Shown in pieces: positions 34,349-40,684 of a stretch of DNA of 62,668 nucleotides. The notes beneath the pieces were generated by a model. It searched no databases. It was given only the letters and a program-made list of their open reading frames with translations, and was not told the DNA's origin. The stretch comes from a virus. Position 1 is the first letter of the stretch; each line of letters opens with the position of its first letter. The stretch is from the IMG/VR virus record IMGVR_UViG_3300036940_000176, positions 1 through 62,668 of that record. One strand, written 5' to 3'. The position numbers and the translations under genes are program-made.

Positions 34349-34420
34349 TTTATACCCTCCAATTATTATTATTCTTTATGTACTTGAGTTATATTAGTAA
34401 TAATTAATAGTTAATAGACC

Positions 34421-34446
34421 AAAATAAAGGGCTATATTGCAAGCCC
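34421..34446 (-). terminator. Intrinsic terminator/attenuator after the first early-left gene
   Basis: GGGCT-tgcaatat-AGCCC hairpin (34429-34446), followed on the minus strand by TTTATTTT. Confidence 0.5.
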
Positions 34447-34477
34447 ATATATTGACCATTTTTTTTAATACTTCTTA

Positions 34478-34828
34478 CTACTCTTCGGATTTTTTCAAAA
34501 TAACAAGGTGACTTTCTTTATTTAAGCGCTCTAGCCACTCATTTAAACCGTCTTTATTTTCCCAGTAAGCGATAACTTGTTCACGATAAATATCGTTTGA
34601 CCCAGTGTAGACCTTGAATTGACCTTGATATTCTCTTAAGTGACCAACACAAGCCCACGATTGTCTCAAAGCGTGCGCTTTAATCGGTAAAACGTACCCA
34701 TTTTTAAATGTTACTCTTGCATTCAAGTCATATCCAACGCCTATAGTAACGCCATAAACCTTAACAATTGAACAGTCTACAGTCTCAACATTTTCTAAAA
34801 TCTTTTCTCTCAATTCTTTTTTACTCAT
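34478..34828 (-). CDS. Hypothetical protein, first ORF of the early-left operon (116 aa)
   Basis: Track ORF trimmed to ATG 34828 (MSKKEL), 8 nt after GGAAAGAGAG. Confidence 0.55.
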   Translation of the reverse strand: MSKKELREKILENVETVDCSIVKVYGVTIGVGYDLNARVTFKNGYVLPIKAHALRQSWACVGHLREYQGQFKVYTGSNDIYREQVIAYWENKDGLNEWLERLNKESHLVILKKSEE

Positions 34829-34869
34829 AATTTTCACTCTCTTTCCGTTTTTAGGTCTTTTTACGTGAC
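34819..34869 (-). promoter_or_regulatory. Copy B of the conserved 51-nt leader/start element
   Basis: See copy A (31726-31776). Confidence 0.6.
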
Positions 34870-34902
34870 CATAGTTTAGTTTTTTTTGAGTGCTTATTCA
34901 CT

Positions 34903-35394
34903 CTATAAAACGCACTTCAAAGAGTGCGCTCTAACAATGAATAAACGGCTTTTGATTGAAGCCTAAAATCTTGCCTACATTTCAGTAGCGAAGCAAGTCG
35001 CTTTTTAGGGTCAAAATTGCATCGTTTTCATCGCATCCCATCGCATTGTTCACGCTTGAACCGACCCAATAAACGTTGATATAAATGAGATTTTTAACCT
35101 TTCTATATTTTTGGTCAAATATACCTTGTTTAAAGTTATCAGTAAACGCCCTAACTACTAACGATTAAGACCCTTAACCACCTATTGAGCGGTAGCGAAC
35201 CGCTGTTCAGTGACCTATGCTTATTTGATACATAGTAACTTGATTGTGCTTTGGTTCAAGTTTGAAGACCAGTACATCAGATGTATTTAGATGCTATTCA
35301 ATTGTCAAATACCGCGTAGCCTCTTTTTGTCCTATTAGACCATAAGACTAGGCGACTACCGACCCAAGAACCGATTTGCGGTTGATTTGCTTGC
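34903..35394 (-). ncRNA. Candidate long structured leader or ncRNA (about 490 nt), GC-enriched and ORF-free
   Basis: Many short GC-rich hairpins: AGCGG/CCGCT 35189-35205, AGCGA/TCGCT 34987-35003, GGCTT/AAGCC 34946-34963, AACCG/CGGTT 35370-35384, CTATG/CATAG 35214-35235. The 10-mer TTGGGTCGGT occurs twice. Ends at a CGCACT/AGTGCG hairpin plus TTTTA (34903-34929). The only ORF (35298-35549) has no SD. Confidence 0.45.
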
Positions 35395-35400
35395 AACCCT

Positions 35401-35429
35401 ATAGTCTCACACTTTCTAACGATTGTCAA
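35401..35429 (-). promoter_or_regulatory. Candidate early-left promoter
   Basis: Minus strand reads TTGACA (35429-35424), a 17-nt spacer, then TGaGACTAT. The -35 is consensus and the -10 is weak but of the extended type. Confidence 0.35.
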
Positions 35430-35790
35430 ATGTTTTTTCAAATTTCTTTTTTTGGTGCGTTTGTTTGTTTCTTTGCTTATAAGATATTTTAAAGGCTGTT
35501 GACCAGTTAAAATGAATTGGTCAAATATAGGTTGGTTGGTTTGGTTCATTTGCGGATAAAATTATGGTGAATAATCCACATAAAATGGATGCAAAAACAA
35601 GTCGATTTTAGGCGCTTGCTTATTGATGGATTTTAGGCGCTGTTTAAATGGTTTATGGGTATATGGTAGAAAGACCCACCCCCCTATCGTAAAAACTGAA
35701 ATATAACGGATAAATAGGCGGTCAAGTGGGTACTTCGCTTCTCGTATATATTATTATTAGCACTCCCCCTATTTTTTAAAAATATCCAAC

Positions 35791-35819
35791 TTGACAAAGT
35801 GACACTTATGACATATAAT
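35791..35819 (+). promoter_or_regulatory. Consensus early-right promoter
   Basis: TTGACA (35791-35796), a 17-nt spacer, then TATAAT (35814-35819). Confidence 0.75.
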
Positions 35820-35891
35820 ATAACTATAAGCCCCCCTAACATAAGAGAAAGGAGAGAGATTAAATGAGTATATGGATAAGGAGGAATTATA

Positions 35892-36053
35892 ATGAAAAAA
35901 GTATGGTTAGCAATATGTTTATTATTTGTAATAGTGTTTATATTGGCTTATGCCGATTATAAAGATGACAAAATGCAAGAATGCGTAATGGAAAATATGG
36001 GTATATTAGATTATGAGGGCGCATTAGATTACTGCAAAAATAGTCGAGATTAG
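35892..36053 (+). CDS. Small signal-anchored/secreted protein (53 aa), paralog A. Not in the ORF track.
   Basis: SD AGGAGGAA. N-terminal TM followed by YADYKDDKMQEC...C. Confidence 0.55.
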   Translation: MKKVWLAICLLFVIVFILAYADYKDDKMQECVMENMGILDYEGALDYCKNSRD

Positions 36054-36066
36054 AGAGGTAGATAGA

Positions 36067-36240
36067 ATGAAACAAAAAACAAGTAAATTAGGGTTAGCAA
36101 CATTATTGTTATTTATTATATTAGCAATTTTTATGTATACAGATTATAAAGATGACCAGATGCAAGATTGTATGATAGAATATACTGACAGATTTAGTTA
36201 TGTACAATCAAAGGCATTTTGTGAAGAAGAATTGGATTAA
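36067..36240 (+). CDS. Small signal-anchored/secreted protein (57 aa), paralog B. Not in the ORF track.
   Basis: SD AGAGAGGTAG. N-terminal TM followed by YTDYKDDQMQDC...C. Confidence 0.55.
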   Translation: MKQKTSKLGLATLLLFIILAIFMYTDYKDDQMQDCMIEYTDRFSYVQSKAFCEEELD

Positions 36241-36252
36241 GGAGATAATTAG

Positions 36253-36411
36253 ATGAAATTAGCAATGTTTATATTATTTTTATGGAATTTGACTATTGCA
36301 ATTCAAGAATATCAAGAAGGGATTAAAACATTTTGGTTTAGTATTGTTTTAGCAATTATATGTTTTATAATTGTTTTAGATGAATTTAATAAGGATAAAT
36401 TAAATGAATAA
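36253..36411 (+). CDS. Two-TM mini membrane protein (52 aa). Not in the ORF track.
   Basis: SD AAGGAGA. Hydrophobic segments AMFILFLWNLTIAI and FWFSIVLAIICFIIVL. Confidence 0.5.
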   Translation: MKLAMFILFLWNLTIAIQEYQEGIKTFWFSIVLAIICFIIVLDEFNKDKLNE

Positions 36412-36457
36412 TACATTTTTGCCAGTTAAGGAAATATAAAGCAGAAAGAAGAGTAAA

Positions 36458-36745
36458 ATGAAGATAAGAGGTATAGAATATAAATTTCAAGATTTAATTA
36501 ATGAAGAAAACCAAACATATTATCATAATTTAGCAAGGCGAACAACGAAAACTAACGAAATGATTATGAGTATAATATATTATGTAAAATTATATCCAGA
36601 AGAAATAGTTGTATTGTATGGGAAACACTTTTTTGACGATATTGATAGGGTTTGTAAAAGATTAAATAAAGATTGGTTTTTCTATGTAACGGATTATAAA
36701 AAATCAAATAGAGAAATTTCTATTGGAAGGTTAAGTATATGGTAG
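36458..36745 (+). CDS. Hypothetical protein (95 aa)
   Basis: Track ORF. Confidence 0.5.
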   Translation: MKIRGIEYKFQDLINEENQTYYHNLARRTTKTNEMIMSIIYYVKLYPEEIVVLYGKHFFDDIDRVCKRLNKDWFFYVTDYKKSNREISIGRLSIW

Positions 36746-36972
36746 AAAGAATAAATAAAAAAAGTAATAACATAGCAGTAATATTAATGAGAGGATTTAA
36801 TAGTCTTGATATTATTGTAAAAGAAATGGGTTTAAATATTAGAAAATTTAATAAAAATAATAATACATTAAAAAGTGATAGTGGCATTGTTTATTATTTT
36901 TATAGTAATTTCGATGGAAAATTAGAACAACGTATGTCTGGAATGGAATTTAGAAAGGTGATTGGAAAATGA
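36739..36972 (+). CDS. Hypothetical protein (77 aa)
   Basis: Track ORF. Confidence 0.45.
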   Translation: MVERINKKSNNIAVILMRGFNSLDIIVKEMGLNIRKFNKNNNTLKSDSGIVYYFYSNFDGKLEQRMSGMEFRKVIGK

Positions 36973-37361
36973 AAAAAATATTAGTATTATTAATAGTTGT
37001 ATTGGTATTAAGTTTAAGTGGGTGCGATATTCTTGAAATAGAAATATTTGATGAACCTACCTGTAACCAGGAAGATGAGAACTGTTTACAAGTTGGATTT
37101 GTTGAAGTCGATAAAAATGAAATAAGTGCTTATGTAGATTTGCAAGATTATTACACTAAAGAAGAAGTAGATGATATGTTTGATGAGTTGTATGATGATT
37201 TGAATGAATGGGAAACCGTTGTTGTAACAACTGAAGATGATTATATTTTATTTACAAGAGAAACGTGGGAAGATTTCATAATTGAGTATAGTAATACTAT
37301 TCATAATGAGTATCAAACACAAATTGATGAATTAGAACAACGTATTGAAGATTTAGAATAA
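36969..37361 (+). CDS. Lipoprotein (130 aa)
   Basis: Signal peptide with lipobox LSLSGC. Confidence 0.65.
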   Translation: MKKILVLLIVVLVLSLSGCDILEIEIFDEPTCNQEDENCLQVGFVEVDKNEISAYVDLQDYYTKEEVDDMFDELYDDLNEWETVVVTTEDDYILFTRETWEDFIIEYSNTIHNEYQTQIDELEQRIEDLE

Positions 37362-37378
37362 CTGAAAGAAGGAATAAG

Positions 37379-37780
37379 ATGCGAAGACATTTTAAAGGTT
37401 TGAGGAAGTTTATTTACGAGAACCGTATAAATACTGTGACAATTGGTGGTGAGATTGTTTTTAGAGACATGGAGATAAGAAAAGGGTATCCTGGATATGG
37501 ACCTAATCATCCATGTATTAAGTTTGAAATAGAAGATTTTCCAAAAAACAGAATTAATGTTTTACTGTTCAATGAAAATGCAGTTGATTTTTACAATAAT
37601 TTTAAAGCAGGTGATTATATTGTTGTAACAGGTAAAGTTAGTCAATCTAAAGTAAGAAAAGATGATTTTAACATCATAGGTGAACATATTTCTTTACCTA
37701 CAAAATATCATAATGATTATCTAGAAAAACAAAAAGAATTAACAACAGATGCAGATATTGAAGACTTGATGAAGTACTGA
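37379..37780 (+). CDS. OB-fold (SSB-like) protein candidate (133 aa)
   Basis: Pattern VTIGGEIVF...INVLLFNENAVDFYNNFKAGDYIVVTGKV. Confidence 0.35.
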   Translation: MRRHFKGLRKFIYENRINTVTIGGEIVFRDMEIRKGYPGYGPNHPCIKFEIEDFPKNRINVLLFNENAVDFYNNFKAGDYIVVTGKVSQSKVRKDDFNIIGEHISLPTKYHNDYLEKQKELTTDADIEDLMKY

Positions 37781-37789
37781 GGAGAGAAT

Positions 37790-37900
37790 ATGACTAAATA
37801 TAAATGTGAGAAGTGTGGAGCAGTTTGGTATACATCAAACACAAATAATAAAAAAACATGCGAAAAATGTAACGGAAAACTGAAAAAGGAGAAAAAATAA
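37790..37900 (+). CDS. Zinc-ribbon mini-protein (36 aa, CEKCG...CEKCNG). Not in the ORF track.
   Basis: SD GGAGAGAA. Two CxxC pairs. Confidence 0.45.
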   Translation: MTKYKCEKCGAVWYTSNTNNKKTCEKCNGKLKKEKK

Positions 37901-38815
37901 ATGAAAAAATTGTTAAGTTTAGTTTCAGTGTTTTTATTAATTTTGGCATTGTCTGGTTGTATGCCTGAAAATTATGATTATTCAGATGAATTAGAAGGTA
38001 TTAGAGAAGATATTCAAACAATTGAAATTATTGAAGTACCTACAGTTGTAACAGAAACTGAAATTCAAATTGTAGAAGTACCAACAATCATTACTGAAAC
38101 AGAGGTTGTAGAAATAGAAGTGCCAGTGGAAATTGAAACAGAGGTTTATCAAGAAAATGTAACGACATTTGTTTCTGGAGATGGAGAAACAGTTATTATA
38201 AATGGGACTTATGGATACGATACATATATTTTTGAAATAATTTACAAAGACCCTACAATTGGAAAACCGTATATGGAACTTGTTCAATTAGAATATCAAT
38301 ATATGGGAACAGTTATAAATAGTTACTTTTTTGAAGATGTTTATGAAGAAGAGACGCAATATAAATATGAATTAGAAAACATGGATGAATTTTTAACATT
38401 AGTGCAAGAATTAACATTACTTAGTTTTGATGAACTAGAAACAATGTATTCAAATATGGGAGATGTAGTTTCAAATGTTACTTTGGAAGTAGATGAAGTT
38501 ATCGAGTTAGGAGAAGAATATACTGTCACATTAGATTTAGATGAAAACTATACTTATGTATTTCAATTAGATGTTGAAAATTACTTAGATGTCATTATTG
38601 ATGTAACAACTTCAAACGAATTTGATATTAACATTTATAATAATACATTAGTTGCTAATGATTATGAATATTGGTTAGATATTGCAAGTGGAACAACAAC
38701 GCAAAGTTATAGTGTTGCTTATCGTGGAACATATTATTTTGAATTAGAAAATTATCATGATGCACAAAATTTAGAAATAACTATTACATTTAGCATTGAC
38801 GACCAAACAGCGTAG
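37901..38815 (+). CDS. Lipoprotein with VPT/ETE-rich repeats and a C-terminal beta-rich domain (304 aa)
   Basis: Lipobox ALSGC. Repeats of the form IEVPTVVTETEIQIVEVPTIITETEVVEIEVPVEIETEV. Confidence 0.65.
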   Translation: MKKLLSLVSVFLLILALSGCMPENYDYSDELEGIREDIQTIEIIEVPTVVTETEIQIVEVPTIITETEVVEIEVPVEIETEVYQENVTTFVSGDGETVIINGTYGYDTYIFEIIYKDPTIGKPYMELVQLEYQYMGTVINSYFFEDVYEEETQYKYELENMDEFLTLVQELTLLSFDELETMYSNMGDVVSNVTLEVDEVIELGEEYTVTLDLDENYTYVFQLDVENYLDVIIDVTTSNEFDINIYNNTLVANDYEYWLDIASGTTTQSYSVAYRGTYYFELENYHDAQNLEITITFSIDDQTA

Positions 38816-38824
38816 GTGATTTAG

Positions 38825-39028
38825 ATGAAAACATTTTATTATATTTTGTTAGCACCTGGTATACAGAAGAAAACAATTATTGCTGGAAAAGAATATGATG
38901 TTGATTGGAAATCTCCATATCGTTCTAAAATAAAAAAACTACTAGCACCTGATGAAGATGTTGCTAGGTATGAATTAAGACAAAAATTAAAAGGTCGTTG
39001 GACTGGGTTTAGATTAGTTAGACCATAA
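38825..39028 (+). CDS. Hypothetical protein (67 aa)
   Basis: Track ORF. Confidence 0.45.
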   Translation: MKTFYYILLAPGIQKKTIIAGKEYDVDWKSPYRSKIKKLLAPDEDVARYELRQKLKGRWTGFRLVRP

Positions 39029-39040
39029 AGGAGTTAAATA

Positions 39041-39274
39041 ATGCTTGAAAAAACAAATAAAACTTTAAAAATTAGTGATGAAATGACTTTGAAAGAAAAA
39101 GCGAATTTATTGTTAAGTTGTGATGGTATTGAAAATGTTGATTTAGTAAATAAAACAATCGATTTAGATGCTGAATTTCAGTTGTCTCATACAGATACTT
39201 TGCAATTATTAATGAATGATTGTGATAATTTTGAAGAATTGATAGATAAATTAATTGACTTTTTAAATGAATAA
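39041..39274 (+). CDS. Hypothetical acidic protein (77 aa)
   Basis: Track ORF with SD AAGGAG. Confidence 0.5.
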   Translation: MLEKTNKTLKISDEMTLKEKANLLLSCDGIENVDLVNKTIDLDAEFQLSHTDTLQLLMNDCDNFEELIDKLIDFLNE

Positions 39275-39285
39275 GAGGTGATTTT

Positions 39286-39534
39286 ATGAAACCTAAAAAT
39301 ACATTGCTAAAAATTGCTAGACGCAAAAGTGGAATGAAACAACAAACATTTGCTAAAAAAATTAATGTAAGTAATCGTACTTTAATAAGATATGAACAAT
39401 ATGATACAATACCACATCCACAAAAAATGAAAAATATATGTGAAATTTTAGATTTGGATATAAATGAGTTAATCGAAGACATCGAAAAATACAAAGGTGG
39501 TTTACATGCGAAAAAAAACAAAAACAATAATTGA
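39286..39534 (+). CDS. XRE/Cro-C1-type HTH transcriptional regulator (82 aa)
   Basis: LLKIARRKSGMKQQTFAKKINVSNRTLIRYEQ matches the HTH_3 signature. Confidence 0.7.
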   Translation: MKPKNTLLKIARRKSGMKQQTFAKKINVSNRTLIRYEQYDTIPHPQKMKNICEILDLDINELIEDIEKYKGGLHAKKNKNNN

Positions 39535-39799
39535 TGCTCACCAAAAAGAAGAGTTTATTAATGAAATGATTGAAGAGGGTTCAAATGATGATTGGTTTGA
39601 TGTTGGTAATATAAGCAACGGAACATTTACCTTTGATGAAATATCTCATTTTATAATAATGAAAGGATTAGAAAAAGAGTTTAAAGAATATCTAGAATTA
39701 GAAAAGACCAAAATTAGAGATGAGTTGTTTGCAACAAATGTATTAAAGAAAGAATTAAATGATATGGATAAAGAAGATTTACCTTTTTCCGATTTATAG
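39506..39799 (+). CDS. Hypothetical acidic protein (97 aa)
   Basis: Track ORF trimmed to ATG 39506, which follows AAAGGTGG. Confidence 0.45.
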   Translation: MRKKTKTIIDAHQKEEFINEMIEEGSNDDWFDVGNISNGTFTFDEISHFIIMKGLEKEFKEYLELEKTKIRDELFATNVLKKELNDMDKEDLPFSDL

Positions 39800-39828
39800 T
39801 TGACAAAGTTATATAATAGTTATATAAT
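39800..39828 (+). promoter_or_regulatory. Consensus promoter of the sRNA unit
   Basis: TTGACA (39800-39805), a 17-nt spacer, then TATAAT (39823-39828). Confidence 0.7.
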
Positions 39829-39834
39829 TAAGTT

Positions 39835-39910
39835 AGGTTGATAGCCGTGTTTCATGTACCTCTCTTTCCTTTGTTATAAGTACACCTAATCAAATAGGTG
39901 TACTTTTTTT
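39835..39910 (+). ncRNA. Candidate sRNA of about 75 nt (or terminated leader) with an exposed CU-rich box
   Basis: Consensus promoter, then no SD or ORF, then a 9-bp hairpin AGTACACCT/AGGTGTACT (39879-39904) followed by T7. The box ACCTCTCTTTCC lies at 39858-39869. Confidence 0.55.
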
Positions 39911-39911
39911 A

Positions 39912-39940
39912 TTGTAATTTAAATAATATGATGATATAAT
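39912..39940 (+). promoter_or_regulatory. Promoter of the RHH/structural-arm transcript
   Basis: TTGTAA (39912-39917), a 17-nt spacer, then TATAAT (39935-39940). Confidence 0.6.
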
Positions 39941-39961
39941 TCTTATATAGGAGTGATTAGA

Positions 39962-40195
39962 ATGAAAAATAAAATGAAACCATTAGTTATTTCTATTTCT
40001 GATGAGTTGAAAGAAGATTTATTATTAATGATGCAAAAAGAAGGTGAAAGTTCTTACGCTTCAATGATTAGAAAGTTGATTGTAGAGCACAGAGATAAAA
40101 ACACAAACGATTTAGTAACAAATGAAATGATATATGATAAGATGCAAGATTTGGGTATTAAAATTGATTTATTAGGAGAAAAAATTGGCATCTAA
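39962..40195 (+). CDS. Ribbon-helix-helix (CopG/Arc-like) DNA-binding protein (77 aa)
   Basis: KPLVISISDELKEDLLLMMQKEGESSYASMIRKLI fits a beta-strand plus two-helix pattern. ATG 39962 follows GGAG. Confidence 0.5.
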   Translation: MKNKMKPLVISISDELKEDLLLMMQKEGESSYASMIRKLIVEHRDKNTNDLVTNEMIYDKMQDLGIKIDLLGEKIGI

Positions 40196-40667
40196 AATTC
40201 ATAGAAATGAAGAAAAATCTATTAATCAACTAATTATGAGTGGAAGAATTGTCAGTGAAATATTTTACAATAAAGAAATAGAACTTATTGACGATAAGAA
40301 AAAATCAAAATTAGAAGCAATTTTTGTTTTATTAGTTGTAGATGAAAGAAATGATAAAAAAATGCCTTTTAGAGTTATTGTTAAAAATAGCACTGAAATA
40401 TATTATCTAAAAAAATTAGCAACAAAAGGATGTAGAATTGTTTTTAACGGTCATATTGAAAGTAGAAAAAGAGTTAAATCTAAAATGAAAAAATATTTTG
40501 TAACAAGATATTCTACTGATATTTTATTAGATAATATTGTAAATATTTTTGATACATTAAAAGAACAAACAGAACGTGACAAAATGATGATTAAAAAAGG
40601 TGAATATATTGCTCGGTCTGAATTTGAGGAATATCCTGAATTAAGTGATTTTGATAGTCAATATTAA
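40185..40667 (+). CDS. OB-fold (SSB-like) protein candidate (160 aa, TTG start)
   Basis: NQLIMSGRIVSE...FVLLVVDER...FRVIVKNSTE..LKKLATKGCRIVFNGHIESRK. Confidence 0.35.
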   Translation: MASKIHRNEEKSINQLIMSGRIVSEIFYNKEIELIDDKKKSKLEAIFVLLVVDERNDKKMPFRVIVKNSTEIYYLKKLATKGCRIVFNGHIESRKRVKSKMKKYFVTRYSTDILLDNIVNIFDTLKEQTERDKMMIKKGEYIARSEFEEYPELSDFDSQY

Positions 40668-40684
40668 AAAGAGAGGTAGATACT

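Noticed and set aside
35298-35549. 83-aa minus-strand ORF in the large intergenic region
   Set aside because: It has no SD upstream of its ATG, whereas nearly every real gene here has a strong one. It lies in the GC-rich, hairpin-dense block, and its composition (basic, Q/N/K-rich) looks like a chance frame through structured RNA.
35950-36160. DYKDD(K/Q) sequences resembling the FLAG epitope, considered as a possible engineered construct
   Set aside because: Neither copy matches the full DYKDDDDK tag. The two are diverged paralogs in native signal-anchor contexts with different codons, and no vector-like sequence lies nearby.
39072-39544. Minus-strand ORFs 39072-39527 and 39362-39544
   Set aside because: They are antisense to well-supported plus-strand genes (an XRE HTH regulator and others) and have no SD.
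39286-40195. Lysogeny switch (CI/Cro) implying a temperate phage
   Set aside because: An XRE HTH and an RHH protein are present, but there is no integrase, excisionase, or dedicated ParA/ParB partition or attachment-site signature. The regulators alone do not establish temperate behaviour.
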